Assembly: GCF_988242995.1 (NCBI RefSeq) | Contig: NZ_OZ547043.1 | Direction: 5' to 3' (one strand) | Length of the DNA stretch: 64,000 bases | Part shown: in pieces, positions 46,179 through 57,508 of the stretch | How positions within the stretch are numbered: position 1 is the stretch's first letter | Layout: the number at the start of each line of letters is the position of its first letter | Notes under the pieces: model-generated | Told to the model about the DNA's origin: nothing | Database searches by the model: none | The model's input: only the letters and a program-made list of their open reading frames with translations | Translations under genes and position numbers: made by a program

Positions 46179-46620
46179 GAAAACCCAGTCCTTGCAAAGA
46201 TGAAGTCGAAATGCGCGATGACACACTACTGAAAGCGGAAGGACGAGTAAAGTTGCAATTAAAAGGAAATGTTATGCATAAGGATCGGTAGGGTATTCAT
46301 TTTCATTTAAAGATATTCTTGCGCTTTAATTACAAACCGCACCGGTGTTGGTGGCGTCAAAATCGCCGAGGCGTTCCCTGAAGGCCGGGGCAGCCCACAT
46401 GGATGTGGGCTGAGGGCGCGTTTTACAGGGATGTTACCTCGCGCCCGACCCGGTAGCCGCAAGGGATAAGTCGAGGGCACCGCGCAGCGGCGATTGGCCG
46501 CCCCCTGCGCGCTCCCTGCGCCAGTGACTATATGTGGCTTAACACATCAAGGAGCGCAACAGGAAGATGAATCAATATATTTAAAAAAGGCCTGACATTG
46601 CGCCAGGCCTTCTGCGTTAA

Positions 46621-47316
46621 TTAATTACGTTTTTCCAGCAGGGTCCGGTAAATCAGACCACCGATAATACCGCCGACAATTGGCACCACCCAGAAGAACC
46701 ACAGTTGTTCTAATGCCCAGCCGCCCTGGAAGATAGCAACCGCGGTGCTGCGCGCCGGGTTAACAGAAGTGTTAGTCACCGGAATACTGATTAAGTGAAT
46801 CAGGGTTAAGGCCAGACCAATAGCGATCGGCGCAAAACCAGCAGGAGCGAATTTGTCGGTTGCGCCGTGGATCACCAGCAGGAAACCTGCACTCAATACC
46901 AGTTCAACTACCAGCGCGGAAAGCATGGAATAACCGCCTGGCGAATGCTCGCCATAACCGTTAGAAGCAAAACCGCTGGCTGCCGCGTCAAAACCCGTTT
47001 TACCACTGGCAATTAAATACAGCAGCGCCGCCGCAACAATACCGCCGACAACCTGGGCAATTACGTAGCCAACGACTTCTTTTGCCGGGAAACGTCCGCC
47101 AGCCCATAAACCAATAGTGACCGCCGGGTTAAAATGACCACCAGAAATATGACCAACAGCAAAGGCCATCGTCAGAACGGTCAGACCGAATGCCAGCGCC
47201 ACGCCGGCAAAACCAATGCCTAATTCCGGGAAGCCTGCGGCCAGTACGGCACTACCACAGCCACCAAAAACAAGCCAGAAAGTACCAAAACATTCAGCTG
47301 CTAATTTTCTGAACAT
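46621..47316 (-). CDS. aqpZ: aquaporin Z
   Basis: 231 aa from [12 protein letters not shown]...; two NPA motifs (HFNPAV, SVNPAR). Confidence 0.96.
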   Translation of the reverse strand: MFRKLAAECFGTFWLVFGGCGSAVLAAGFPELGIGFAGVALAFGLTVLTMAFAVGHISGGHFNPAVTIGLWAGGRFPAKEVVGYVIAQVVGGIVAAALLYLIASGKTGFDAAASGFASNGYGEHSPGGYSMLSALVVELVLSAGFLLVIHGATDKFAPAGFAPIAIGLALTLIHLISIPVTNTSVNPARSTAVAIFQGGWALEQLWFFWVVPIVGGIIGGLIYRTLLEKRN

Positions 47317-47741
47317 ATCCACCTCAATTAAAAATTGACCCTGTGAAAAATATGGTCGTTTTATAGGGTCGTCGTAAAAAAGTGACGACGGAAATAATGC
47401 GCGGCTATTTTAAAAACGAAGGCAAATCATTCGCCAGATAAATAAATCCAGTAAATTTGATTTAGGGCAACAGCGGGTTGCCCCATATAGTCATTTGTCT
47501 GATTGACAGTGTAGTGCAAGCGAAAGATTTAATCCTTTAGGCGTAATAAAAAATAATTTATCATGCTAATTATTTGATTTTGTTGTTTTTGCAGGCTTAT
47601 CAGCAAGAGGGAGTATAACGCGATTATTCGCTCATTTTTCAGACATTTGCCATGCTTAAATGTGATGTCATCACGTATTAGCAAGGCCTTTCCCGTTATA
47701 CTGCCAGCGTAAAGGATAAGTCACATATTTCTGGAGGGGAT

Positions 47742-49400
47742 ATGATTCTTGAGCGCGTTGAAATTGTGGGTTTTCGCGGTATCAACCGTTTGTCGTTGAT
47801 GCTGGAACAAAACAACGTCCTGATTGGGGAGAACGCGTGGGGTAAATCCAGCTTGCTGGACGCCTTAACCTTGCTGCTATCGCCAGAATCAGATCTCTAC
47901 CATTTTGAGCGCGACGATTTCTGGTTCCCGCCGGGAGATATCAACGGTCGGGAACATCATCTGCATATTATTTTGACCTTCCGCGAATCGCTGCCAGGCC
48001 GACATCGGGTTCGCCGTTATCGGCCGTTGGAAGCGTGCTGGACGCCATGCACTGATGGCTATCACCGTATTTTTTATCGTCTGGAAGGGGAGAGTGCGGA
48101 AGACGGCAGCGTGATGACACTGCGCAGTTTTCTCGATAAAGACGGACATCCGATTGATGTTGAGGATATTAACGATCAGGCACGCCATCTGGTGCGTTTA
48201 ATGCCGGTGCTGCGCTTGCGTGATGCCCGTTTTATGCGCCGTATTCGTAACGGCACGGTGCCAAATGTCCCCAATGTGGAAGTCACCGCGCGCCAGCTCG
48301 ATTTCCTCGCCCGTGAGTTGTCCTCACATCCGCAAAATCTCTCTGATGGACAGATTCGTCAGGGACTTTCCGCAATGGTACAGCTGCTTGAGCATTATTT
48401 CTCTGAGCAGGGGGCCGGACAGGCGCGATATCGTTTAATGCGGCGGCGAGCCAGCAATGAGCAACGAAGCTGGCGCTATCTGGATATCATCAACCGGATG
48501 ATTGACCGACCAGGAGGGCGCTCGTATCGGGTTATTTTGCTCGGCCTGTTTGCTACTTTGTTGCAGGCAAAAGGCACATTGCGACTGGATAAAGACGCCC
48601 GTCCATTGTTGCTGATCGAAGATCCAGAAACCCGTTTACACCCCATTATGCTTTCAGTTGCCTGGCATCTGTTGAATCTTCTGCCATTGCAGCGCATTGC
48701 CACCACCAACTCTGGCGAGCTGCTTTCGTTAACGCCGGTAGAACATGTTTGCCGACTGGTACGTGAGTCCTCGCGCGTTGCCGCCTGGCGTCTGGGGCCG
48801 AGTGGTTTGAGTACCGAAGACAGCCGACGCATCTCTTTCCACATTCGTTTTAATCGTCCGTCATCGCTGTTTGCACGCTGCTGGCTGCTGGTGGAAGGCG
48901 AAACGGAAACCTGGGTTATCAATGAACTGGCGCGTCAGTGCGGACATCATTTTGATGCCGAAGGGATCAAGGTCATTGAGTTTGCCCAGTCCGGGCTAAA
49001 GCCACTGGTTAAATTTGCCCGGCGAATGGGGATTGAATGGCATGTACTGGTCGATGGCGATGAGGCAGGGAAGAAATATGCCGCTACGGTACGCAGCCTG
49101 TTGAATAACGATCGGGAAGCCGAACGAGAACATTTAACGGCGTTACCGGCGCTGGATATGGAACATTTTATGTATCGCCAGGGATTTTCCGATGTGTTCC
49201 ACCGCGTGGCGCAAATCCCGGAAAATGTACCGATGAATCTGCGCAAAATTATCTCGAAAGCGATCCATCGCTCTTCCAAACCCGATCTTGCCATTGAAGT
49301 GGCAATGGAGGCAGGACGTCGTGGTGTGGATTCCGTACCGACGCTGCTGAAAAAAATGTTCTCACGCGTGCTGTGGCTGGCGCGCGGTCGCGCGGATTAA
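47742..49400 (+). CDS. ybjD: OLD-family nuclease YbjD (N-terminal ABC/AAA ATPase, C-terminal TOPRIM)
   Basis: 552-aa ORF; Walker A GENAWGKSSLLDA near residue 30; acidic C-terminal region consistent with TOPRIM (…LLVEGETETWV…, …HVLVDGDEAGKKY…); SD GGAGGGG upstream. Confidence 0.92.
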   Translation: MILERVEIVGFRGINRLSLMLEQNNVLIGENAWGKSSLLDALTLLLSPESDLYHFERDDFWFPPGDINGREHHLHIILTFRESLPGRHRVRRYRPLEACWTPCTDGYHRIFYRLEGESAEDGSVMTLRSFLDKDGHPIDVEDINDQARHLVRLMPVLRLRDARFMRRIRNGTVPNVPNVEVTARQLDFLARELSSHPQNLSDGQIRQGLSAMVQLLEHYFSEQGAGQARYRLMRRRASNEQRSWRYLDIINRMIDRPGGRSYRVILLGLFATLLQAKGTLRLDKDARPLLLIEDPETRLHPIMLSVAWHLLNLLPLQRIATTNSGELLSLTPVEHVCRLVRESSRVAAWRLGPSGLSTEDSRRISFHIRFNRPSSLFARCWLLVEGETETWVINELARQCGHHFDAEGIKVIEFAQSGLKPLVKFARRMGIEWHVLVDGDEAGKKYAATVRSLLNNDREAEREHLTALPALDMEHFMYRQGFSDVFHRVAQIPENVPMNLRKIISKAIHRSSKPDLAIEVAMEAGRRGVDSVPTLLKKMFSRVLWLARGRAD

Positions 49401-50389
49401 CCGCGAAACATCGTGGCCATTTGTGGCTGAATAGCGTCGAGCATCTCATAGCGCCGACGGTATTCAGCCCGTTTTTTACTGGCGATTTCGGCAATCTCTT
49501 TTCGTGCTATCTGTGCCGGAAGGCGGTAATGGCGTTCAGCATCACATACGCCGCCTACCGACTCCCAGAACGCGTTGTAATCAGCATGGATCTTGCCTTC
49601 TTTATCGCGATAACGCAGGCTGCGGTAAATATGTGTTTCATTGCTGACGGCAATGATCTGCTCTACCTGCAAACGTTGGGCAAACAGACAGGCCGCTTCC
49701 ATCACAAGGCGTTTGGGAAATAGCCCGTGGCAGGCTTTCGTCGCATTCTGGATTTCCTGATGTGGAATTTCCCATTTTGCGCCTTGCAGTCCGCCAATAA
49801 ACATTGTTCTTTCCCCCTGATATTCACACAGGGTAAACGTGATCTCTGCCAGAGGAATACCTTCGCTGTTGCGGAACAGGATTGTGCTGTCACCTTCTTT
49901 ATCCATTGAGATCATCATGGTCAGCTCAAGTGTGAACTGCTCGCCGTTTTTGCCTTCCAGCTTCGCCAGTTGCAGCCCGGGGGTATTCAAATATAAGCTG
50001 AATTCTTCCGCCGACATACATCCGCGGAGTAACGCATAATGGTAACGTAACGCCTCCAGCAATTGCTTACGGCTAAGATTCGCCGCAAGGTAAGGGCGAT
50101 GCAGACGCACAGGCAGTCGCGGCTGGCGCGTTAACAACACATTGAGATTAGGCCAGTGGGAAAGTTCGTTCATCCACTCAACGCTTAAACGCGGCATAAT
50201 CAACGAGCGCAGCAAAAATTTCTGGCGAAAACTACGGCGATGCCAGAATTTACCCGGCCGACACTGTCCACGTGCCAGACTAAGAAAAAGTGACAGGCTG
50301 CTGAGAGATTCAGATGGCGTAAAGGTCCGTTCAGTTAGCTGCGACATATTCATGAAATCAATGGTTATACATGACGTCGATTTCACCAT
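49397..50389 (-). CDS. ybjX: VirK-like DUF535 protein YbjX
   Basis: 330-aa ORF; convergent with ybjD with 4-bp overlap; synteny with K-12. Confidence 0.88.
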   Translation of the reverse strand: MVKSTSCITIDFMNMSQLTERTFTPSESLSSLSLFLSLARGQCRPGKFWHRRSFRQKFLLRSLIMPRLSVEWMNELSHWPNLNVLLTRQPRLPVRLHRPYLAANLSRKQLLEALRYHYALLRGCMSAEEFSLYLNTPGLQLAKLEGKNGEQFTLELTMMISMDKEGDSTILFRNSEGIPLAEITFTLCEYQGERTMFIGGLQGAKWEIPHQEIQNATKACHGLFPKRLVMEAACLFAQRLQVEQIIAVSNETHIYRSLRYRDKEGKIHADYNAFWESVGGVCDAERHYRLPAQIARKEIAEIASKKRAEYRRRYEMLDAIQPQMATMFRG

Positions 50390-50444
50390 TGCGTATCTTA
50401 ACCAAACATCAATAGTGTGATTACTAACGTAAATTTTAGGGTTT

Positions 50445-50461
50445 TGTTGATATTTCGTTGA
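50445..50461. promoter_or_regulatory. PhoP-box-like direct repeat in ybjX-macA divergent intergenic region
   Basis: TGTTGA-tattt-CGTTGA resembles the PhoP consensus (T/G)GTTTA-N5-(T/G)GTTTA; PhoP control of macAB and ybjX is established. Confidence 0.35.
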
Positions 50462-50503
50462 AGTTAATGACCCGGATTGGCATATGGAGTATTCAGAATA
50501 TTT

Positions 50504-51619
50504 ATGAAAAAGCGGAAAACCGTGAAGAAGCGTTACGTTATTGCGCTGGTGATAGTCATTGCCGGGCTGATTACGTTATGGAGAATTCTTAACGCACCCG
50601 TGCCGACTTATCAGACGCTGATTGTGCGCCCCGGTGATTTACAGCAAAGCGTGCTGGCGACCGGAAAGCTGGACGCGCTGCGTAAGGTTGATGTGGGCGC
50701 GCAGGTCAGCGGTCAGTTGAAAACGCTGTCGGTGGCGATTGGCGATAAAGTAAAAAAAGACCAGCTTTTAGGGGTTATTGATCCTGAACAGGCTGAAAAC
50801 CAGATTAAGGAGGTGGAAGCAACGCTGATGGAGCTACGCGCGCAGCGGCAGCAGGCGGAAGCGGAGCTGAAACTGGCGCGGGTGACGTATTCCCGTCAGC
50901 AACGTCTTGCACAAACGCAAGCGGTTTCACAGCAGGATCTCGATACCGCCGCGACGGAGATGGCTGTGAAACAGGCGCAAATTGGCACCATTGACGCGCA
51001 AATCAAGCGCAATCAGGCCTCACTCGATACGGCTAAAACCAATCTCGATTACACCCGCATCGTTGCCCCGATGGCCGGGGAAGTCACGCAAATAACCACT
51101 CTGCAAGGCCAGACGGTGATTGCCGCACAACAAGCACCGAACATTCTGACGCTGGCAGATATGAGCACCATGCTGGTAAAAGCGCAGGTTTCTGAAGCGG
51201 ATGTAATCCACCTGAAGCCGGGGCAAAAAGCCTGGTTTACGGTGCTTGGCGATCCACTGACGCGCTACGAGGGGCAAATCAAGGATGTGCTACCGACGCC
51301 GGAAAAGGTTAACGACGCTATTTTCTATTACGCCCGTTTTGAAGTACCCAACCCCAATGGTTTGCTGCGGCTGGATATGACCGCGCAAGTGCATATTCAG
51401 CTCACCGATGTGAAAAATGTGCTGACGATCCCTCTGTCGGCGTTAGGCGATCCGGTTGGCGATAATCGTTATAAAGTCAAATTGTTGCGTAATGGTGAAA
51501 CACGCGAGCGTGAAGTGACGATTGGCGCACGTAACGATACCGATGTTGAGATTGTCAAAGGGCTGGAAGCGGGCGATGAAGTGGTGATTGGTGAGGCCAA
51601 ACCAGGAGCTGCACAATGA
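50504..51619 (+). CDS. macA: macrolide efflux membrane fusion protein MacA
   Basis: Trimmed to [21 protein letters not shown]..., 371 aa. Confidence 0.94.
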   Translation: MKKRKTVKKRYVIALVIVIAGLITLWRILNAPVPTYQTLIVRPGDLQQSVLATGKLDALRKVDVGAQVSGQLKTLSVAIGDKVKKDQLLGVIDPEQAENQIKEVEATLMELRAQRQQAEAELKLARVTYSRQQRLAQTQAVSQQDLDTAATEMAVKQAQIGTIDAQIKRNQASLDTAKTNLDYTRIVAPMAGEVTQITTLQGQTVIAAQQAPNILTLADMSTMLVKAQVSEADVIHLKPGQKAWFTVLGDPLTRYEGQIKDVLPTPEKVNDAIFYYARFEVPNPNGLLRLDMTAQVHIQLTDVKNVLTIPLSALGDPVGDNRYKVKLLRNGETREREVTIGARNDTDVEIVKGLEAGDEVVIGEAKPGAAQ

Positions 51620-53562
51620 CGCCCTTGCTCGAATTAAAGGATATTCGTCGCAGCTATCCTGCCGGTGATGAGCAGGTTGAGGTGCTGAAGGGCATCACCC
51701 TCGATATTTATGCTGGTGAGATGGTGGCGATTGTCGGCGCTTCGGGTTCCGGTAAATCGACCCTGATGAATATTCTCGGCTGCCTGGATAAGGCCACCAG
51801 CGGCACCTATCGCGTAGCCGGTCAGGATGTTGCCACTCTGGACGCCGATGCGCTGGCGCAACTGCGCCGCGAGCATTTCGGCTTTATTTTCCAGCGTTAC
51901 CATTTGCTTTCGCATTTAACCGCCGAGCAGAACGTTGAAGTACCCGCCGTCTATGCCGGTCTTGAGCGGAAACAGCGGCTGCTTCGCGCCCAGGAGTTGC
52001 TGCAACGACTGGGGCTGGAAGACCGTACAGAGTATTATCCGGCACAGCTTTCGGGTGGTCAGCAACAGCGCGTCAGCATCGCGCGGGCATTGATGAACGG
52101 CGGTCAGGTAATTCTTGCCGATGAACCGACCGGCGCACTGGACAGCCATTCTGGCGAAGAGGTGATGGCGATCCTGCATCAGCTGCGCGATCGCGGGCAT
52201 ACGGTGATTATCGTTACCCACGATCCGCAGGTCGCTGCTCAGGCCGAGCGGGTGATCGAAATTCGCGACGGCGAAATTGTGCGCAATCCTCCCGCCGTTG
52301 AAAAAGTGAATGTTGCTGGCGGGACGGAACCTGTTGTCAACACGGCCTCTGGCTGGCGGCAATTTGTCAGCGGTTTTAACGAAGCGCTGACGATGGCATG
52401 GAGGGCGCTGGCAGCGAATAAAATGCGTACTTTACTGACCATGCTGGGGATTATTATCGGTATTGCGTCGGTGGTTTCAATTGTCGTGGTGGGCGACGCC
52501 GCCAAACAAATGGTGCTGGCGGATATTCGTTCTATTGGTACGAATACTATTGATGTCTATCCCGGGAAAGATTTTGGCGATGACGATCCGCAATATCAGC
52601 AGGCGCTGAAGTACGATGACTTAATCGCCATCCAAAAACAACCGTGGGTCGCCTCAGCCACACCTGCCGTCTCGCAAAACCTGCGCCTGCGTTATAACAA
52701 TGTTGATGTGGCTGCCAGTGCCAATGGCGTGAGCGGCGATTATTTTAATGTCTATGGCATGACCTTCAGTGAAGGGAACACCTTTAATCAGGAGCAGCTG
52801 AACGGTCGTGCGCAGGTGGTGGTTCTCGACAGTAATACTCGCCGCCAGCTTTTCCCCCATAAAGCAGATGTGGTTGGCGAGGTGATTCTGGTCGGCAATA
52901 TGCCCGCCAGAGTCATTGGTGTGGCGGAAGAAAAACAGTCGATGTTTGGTAGCAGTAAAGTGCTGCGTGTCTGGCTACCTTACAGCACGATGTCCGGGCG
53001 AGTTATGGGCCAGTCGTGGCTCAACTCCATAACTGTCAGGGTGAAAGAAGGATTTGACAGCGCCGAGGCGGAACAGCAACTCACGCGTTTACTTTCACTG
53101 CGCCACGGTAAGAAGGATTTCTTTACCTGGAACATGGACGGCGTCTTGAAAACCGTTGAAAAGACCACACGTACTTTACAACTGTTTCTGACGCTGGTGG
53201 CGGTGATTTCGCTGGTGGTGGGCGGTATTGGTGTAATGAATATTATGCTGGTGTCAGTGACCGAGCGGACGCGGGAAATTGGCATTCGCATGGCTGTAGG
53301 TGCGCGAGCAAGCGATGTTTTGCAACAGTTTCTGATCGAAGCCGTACTGGTTTGCCTGGTCGGTGGCGCGTTGGGAATAACACTGTCACTGTTAATTGCT
53401 TTCACCTTACAGCTTTTCTTACCCGGCTGGGAGATTGGTTTTTCACCGTTGGCGCTGCTGCTGGCGTTTCTCTGCTCGACGGTCACCGGGATTTTATTTG
53501 GCTGGTTACCCGCACGAAATGCGGCACGACTGGATCCAGTAGATGCTCTGGCACGAGAGTAA
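51616..53562 (+). CDS. macB: macrolide export ABC transporter ATPase/permease MacB
   Basis: 648-aa ORF; Walker [10 protein letters not shown], signature LSGGQQQR, C-terminal FtsX-like permease; ATGA overlap with macA. Confidence 0.96.
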   Translation: MTPLLELKDIRRSYPAGDEQVEVLKGITLDIYAGEMVAIVGASGSGKSTLMNILGCLDKATSGTYRVAGQDVATLDADALAQLRREHFGFIFQRYHLLSHLTAEQNVEVPAVYAGLERKQRLLRAQELLQRLGLEDRTEYYPAQLSGGQQQRVSIARALMNGGQVILADEPTGALDSHSGEEVMAILHQLRDRGHTVIIVTHDPQVAAQAERVIEIRDGEIVRNPPAVEKVNVAGGTEPVVNTASGWRQFVSGFNEALTMAWRALAANKMRTLLTMLGIIIGIASVVSIVVVGDAAKQMVLADIRSIGTNTIDVYPGKDFGDDDPQYQQALKYDDLIAIQKQPWVASATPAVSQNLRLRYNNVDVAASANGVSGDYFNVYGMTFSEGNTFNQEQLNGRAQVVVLDSNTRRQLFPHKADVVGEVILVGNMPARVIGVAEEKQSMFGSSKVLRVWLPYSTMSGRVMGQSWLNSITVRVKEGFDSAEAEQQLTRLLSLRHGKKDFFTWNMDGVLKTVEKTTRTLQLFLTLVAVISLVVGGIGVMNIMLVSVTERTREIGIRMAVGARASDVLQQFLIEAVLVCLVGGALGITLSLLIAFTLQLFLPGWEIGFSPLALLLAFLCSTVTGILFGWLPARNAARLDPVDALARE

Positions 53563-53572
53563 TTTTTGAGAT

Positions 53573-53603
53573 AAAAATGCCAGCCGATCGGGCTGGCATT
53601 TTG
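53573..53603. terminator. bidirectional intrinsic terminator between convergent macB and cspD
   Basis: aaaaaTGCCAGCCgatcGGCTGGCAttttg: 8-bp stem with A- and T-runs. Confidence 0.75.
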
Positions 53604-53634
53604 CCTTTAGGATGTACACAATGAGACAGAAGAG

Positions 53635-53859
53635 CTATGCGACTGCCGCTTCTACTTCGACGGGCACAATAACACTGGCGTGATTGCCTTTTGGCCCCTG
53701 GTGGACATCAAACTGAACGGATTGTCCAGCTTTTAGCGTTCTGTAACCATCCATCTGAATGGTGGAATAATGAGCGAAAATATCTTCGCCGCCGCCTTCA
53801 GGGCAGATGAAACCAAACCCTTTGGCATTGTTGAACCACTTAACAGTACCCTTTTCCAT
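53635..53859 (-). CDS. cspD: stationary-phase cold-shock-domain protein CspD
   Basis: Trimmed to MEKGTVKWFNNAKGFGFI..., 74 aa; RNP1 motif KGFGFI. Confidence 0.94.
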   Translation of the reverse strand: MEKGTVKWFNNAKGFGFICPEGGGEDIFAHYSTIQMDGYRTLKAGQSVQFDVHQGPKGNHASVIVPVEVEAAVA

Positions 53860-54181
53860 GCTTCGACATCCTTCGCAAATCTTATACAAGTAAGATGGAA
53901 TAAACCGGGGTCAGAGAGGGGGCTGTTCAAAACCTCGCCAACTCTAGAAATACAATTTAGAGAATTAGGGCGAGCCGTCAAGCATTTGACAGGGGCCAGG
54001 GGGCAGGTATGAATCAAAAATTTGAAGCAGTTAACGCTATTGACAGGAATGTGACAGATGTCGCTGATGCCAACGATAGATGATAGTTATCTATCATGTG
54101 GAGTAGATTGGTCAGGCAAATAAGCTCTTGTCAGCGGCAGGGCGTTCTGCCGATAACCGTAACCGAAGATGATAACTGACA

Positions 54182-54502
54182 ATGGGTAAAACGAACGACT
54201 GGCTGGACTTTGATCAACTGGCGGAAGAAAAAGTTCGCGACGCGCTAAAACCGCCATCTATGTATAAAGTGATATTAGTCAATGATGATTACACTCCGAT
54301 GGAGTTTGTTATTGACGTGTTACAAAAATTCTTTTCTTATGATGTAGAACGTGCAACGCAATTGATGCTCGCTGTTCACTACCAGGGGAAGGCCATTTGC
54401 GGAGTCTTTACCGCCGAGGTTGCAGAAACCAAAGTGGCGATGGTGAACAAGTACGCGAGGGAGAATGAGCATCCATTGCTGTGTACGCTAGAAAAAGCCT
54501 GA
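54182..54502 (+). CDS. clpS: ATP-dependent Clp protease adaptor ClpS
   Basis: 106-aa ORF matching ClpS. Confidence 0.96.
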
Positions 54503-54532
54503 ATGCAGGCATAAAAATTGGGGGAGGTGCCT

Positions 54533-56809
54533 ATGCTCAATCAAGAACTGGAACTCAGTTTAAATATGGCTTTCGCCAGAGCGCGCGAGCACCGTCATGA
54601 GTTTATGACCGTCGAGCACTTGTTACTGGCGCTGCTCAGTAACCCATCTGCCCGGGAGGCGCTGGAAGCGTGTTCTGTGGATTTGGTTGCGCTCCGTCAG
54701 GAACTGGAAGCCTTTATTGAACAAACCACACCCGTTCTGCCTGCCAGTGAAGAGGAGCGCGACACACAGCCGACGCTGAGTTTTCAGCGTGTACTGCAAC
54801 GTGCGGTCTTCCATGTCCAGTCCTCCGGTCGCAATGAGGTTACCGGTGCAAACGTTCTGGTCGCTATCTTTAGCGAACAGGAGTCGCAGGCGGCATATCT
54901 GTTGCGTAAACATGAAGTCAGCCGTCTCGATGTGGTGAACTTTATCTCTCATGGCACGCGTAAAGACGAGCCGACACAGTCTTCTGATCCTGGCAGCCAG
55001 CCAAACAGCGAAGAACAAGCTGGTGGGGAGGAACGTATGGAGAATTTCACGACGAACCTGAATCAGCTTGCGCGCGTGGGCGGAATCGACCCACTGATTG
55101 GTCGTGAGAAGGAGCTGGAGCGTGCTATTCAGGTTCTCTGCCGTCGCCGTAAAAACAACCCGCTGCTGGTGGGGGAATCTGGTGTCGGTAAAACCGCGAT
55201 TGCGGAAGGTCTTGCCTGGCGAATTGTTCAGGGTGATGTGCCGGAAGTGATGGCTGACTGTACGATTTACTCTCTCGATATCGGTTCTCTGTTAGCGGGC
55301 ACAAAATATCGCGGCGACTTTGAAAAACGTTTTAAAGCGTTGCTCAAGCAGCTGGAGCAGGACACTAACAGCATCCTGTTTATTGATGAGATCCACACCA
55401 TTATCGGTGCGGGTGCAGCGTCTGGTGGTCAGGTCGATGCGGCTAACCTGATCAAACCGTTGCTCTCCAGCGGTAAAATTCGCGTAATTGGTTCGACAAC
55501 CTATCAGGAGTTCAGCAACATTTTCGAGAAAGACCGTGCTTTGGCGCGTCGCTTCCAGAAAATTGATATTACTGAACCGTCGATCGAAGAAACTGTTCAA
55601 ATCATCAACGGCCTGAAACCGAAGTATGAAGCGCACCACGATGTGCGTTATACCGCAAAAGCGGTGCGTGCAGCGGTAGAGCTGGCGGTGAAATACATTA
55701 ACGATCGTCATCTGCCGGATAAAGCCATTGACGTCATCGACGAAGCGGGCGCTCGCGCACGCCTGATGCCGGTAAGCAAACGCAAGAAAACCGTTAATGT
55801 GGCGGATATTGAGTCCGTGGTGGCCCGTATTGCGCGCATTCCAGAGAAGAGTGTTTCTCAGAGTGACCGCGATACCCTGAAAAACCTCGGCGATCGCCTG
55901 AAAATGCTGGTCTTCGGTCAGGATAAAGCCATTGAGGCGCTGACTGAAGCCATTAAGATGGCGCGTGCAGGTTTAGGTCACGAACATAAACCGGTCGGTT
56001 CGTTCCTGTTTGCCGGCCCTACCGGGGTCGGGAAAACAGAGGTGACGGTACAGCTTTCGAAAGCTTTGGGCATTGAGCTTCTGCGCTTTGATATGTCCGA
56101 GTATATGGAACGCCATACCGTCAGCCGTCTGATTGGTGCGCCTCCGGGATACGTTGGTTTTGATCAGGGCGGTTTGCTGACTGATGCGGTCATCAAGCAT
56201 CCACATGCGGTGCTGCTGCTGGACGAAATCGAGAAAGCGCACCCGGACGTGTTCAATATTCTGTTGCAGGTGATGGACAACGGTACGCTGACCGATAACA
56301 ACGGACGCAAAGCGGACTTCCGTAACGTGGTATTGGTGATGACCACCAACGCTGGGGTACGAGAAACTGAGCGCAAATCCATTGGTCTTATCCACCAGGA
56401 CAACAGCACCGATGCGATGGAAGAGATCAAGAAGATCTTTACGCCGGAGTTTCGTAACCGTCTCGACAACATTATCTGGTTCGATCATCTCTCCACCGAC
56501 GTGATCCATCAGGTAGTGGATAAATTCATCGTCGAGTTGCAGGTTCAGTTGGATCAGAAAGGTGTTTCTCTGGAAGTGAGCCAGGAAGCGCGTAACTGGC
56601 TGGCCGAGAAAGGTTACGACCGGGCAATGGGCGCACGTCCGATGGCGCGTGTCATCCAGGACAACCTGAAAAAACCGCTCGCCAACGAACTGTTGTTTGG
56701 TTCGCTGGTGGACGGCGGTCAGGTGACGGTTGCGCTGGATAAAGAGAAAAATGAGCTGACTTATGGATTCCAGAGTGCACAAAAGCACAAGGCGGAAGCA
56801 GCGCATTAA
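54533..56809 (+). CDS. clpA: ATP-dependent Clp protease ATP-binding subunit ClpA
   Basis: Trimmed to [14 protein letters not shown]..., 758 aa; two AAA+ modules ([16 protein letters not shown]). Confidence 0.96.
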   Translation: MLNQELELSLNMAFARAREHRHEFMTVEHLLLALLSNPSAREALEACSVDLVALRQELEAFIEQTTPVLPASEEERDTQPTLSFQRVLQRAVFHVQSSGRNEVTGANVLVAIFSEQESQAAYLLRKHEVSRLDVVNFISHGTRKDEPTQSSDPGSQPNSEEQAGGEERMENFTTNLNQLARVGGIDPLIGREKELERAIQVLCRRRKNNPLLVGESGVGKTAIAEGLAWRIVQGDVPEVMADCTIYSLDIGSLLAGTKYRGDFEKRFKALLKQLEQDTNSILFIDEIHTIIGAGAASGGQVDAANLIKPLLSSGKIRVIGSTTYQEFSNIFEKDRALARRFQKIDITEPSIEETVQIINGLKPKYEAHHDVRYTAKAVRAAVELAVKYINDRHLPDKAIDVIDEAGARARLMPVSKRKKTVNVADIESVVARIARIPEKSVSQSDRDTLKNLGDRLKMLVFGQDKAIEALTEAIKMARAGLGHEHKPVGSFLFAGPTGVGKTEVTVQLSKALGIELLRFDMSEYMERHTVSRLIGAPPGYVGFDQGGLLTDAVIKHPHAVLLLDEIEKAHPDVFNILLQVMDNGTLTDNNGRKADFRNVVLVMTTNAGVRETERKSIGLIHQDNSTDAMEEIKKIFTPEFRNRLDNIIWFDHLSTDVIHQVVDKFIVELQVQLDQKGVSLEVSQEARNWLAEKGYDRAMGARPMARVIQDNLKKPLANELLFGSLVDGGQVTVALDKEKNELTYGFQSAQKHKAEAAH

Positions 56810-56823
56810 TCTGATTGTCAGGT

Positions 56824-56860
56824 AGGTTGGTGAAGTCCGTAATCTCGAAAGAGGTTACGG
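56824..56860 (+). terminator. clpA intrinsic terminator
   Basis: AGTCCGTAATCTC-gaaa-GAGGTTACGGACT followed by TTTTT. Confidence 0.75.
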
Positions 56861-57021
56861 ACTTTTTGTTTGTAGGCTGGGGCGGTGAAAACCCTATTTT
56901 TGGAGGTGAAGGTAAGTTGTTGATAATTAATGGTGCTGGAAGGTAAGAATAAAAAAGGGTGGCAGCAGGAAAATGAGATGGTTTTGCTTTATTAATAACG
57001 GACTAAACGTGTAGTATTTGA

Positions 57022-57109
57022 GTTCACTGCCGTACAGGCAGCTTAGAAAGCCAACCGAAAGAAAAACTCGATTTTTATACCGTTCACTGCCGTACAGGCA
57101 GATAAAATG
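57022..57109 (+). CRISPR. orphan type I-F CRISPR remnant: two 28-bp repeats flanking one 32-bp spacer
   Basis: Repeat 1 GTTCACTGCCGTACAGGCAGCTTAGAAA (57022-57049) matches the E. coli/Yersinia I-F repeat; spacer gccaaccgaaagaaaaactcgatttttatacc (57050-57081); repeat 2 GTTCACTGCCGTACAGGCAGataaaatg (57082-57109) degenerate at 3' end; AT-rich leader-like sequence upstream; no cas genes in window. Confidence 0.82.
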
Positions 57110-57508
57110 CGAAAAAAAACTCGTACTTTCGTACGAGCTTTTCTTTAAATATGGCGGTGAGGGGGGATTGACTCGCTTCGCTCGCCCTGCGGGCAGCCCA
57201 CTCACTGCGTTCGTGGTCTGTCCAACTGGCTGCGCCAGTTGTCGAACCCCGGTAGGGGCTTCTCATCCCCCTTGGAGTGCAATATGCGAAAAAAAAGCTC
57301 GCACTTTCGTACGAGCTCTTCTTTGAATATGGCGGTGAGGGGGGGATTGACTCGCTTCGCTCGCCCTGCGGGCAGCCCACTCACTGTGTTCGTGGTCTGT
57401 CCAACTGGCTGCGCCAGTTGTCGAACCCCGGTCGGGGCTTCTCATCCCCCTTGGAGTGCAATATGCGAAAAAAAAGCTCGCACTTTCGTACGAGCTCTTC
57501 TTTGAATA
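57110..57508. repeat. tandem ~179-bp direct repeats (2 full units plus a partial third) each containing a tRNA-Ser 3'-end fragment and a terminator hairpin, abutting serW
   Basis: TGGCGGTGAGGGGGGATT recurs at ~57152, ~57332 and 57509 (the last is the intact tRNA 3' end); each copy is preceded by the hairpin + A-run terminator gcgaaaaaaaaGCTCGCACtttcGTACGAGC; units are ~98% identical. Confidence 0.85.

Noticed and set aside
46227-46620. lysO-aqpZ GC-rich spacer as a CRISPR array or canonical REP cluster
   Set aside because: No regularly spaced direct repeats; sequence does not match the REP consensus I recall; kept only as an unclassified structured element.
55973-56806. 277-aa antisense ORF inside clpA, plus similar long antisense ORFs inside hcp (43897-44526), macB (52980-53486), artP (31807-32457), nfsA (20219-20758), rimK (21405-21929), potG (24555-25064) and ybjD (48476-48922)
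   Set aside because: Entirely embedded opposite well-supported conserved genes; typical shadow ORFs of high-GC codon-biased coding sequence.
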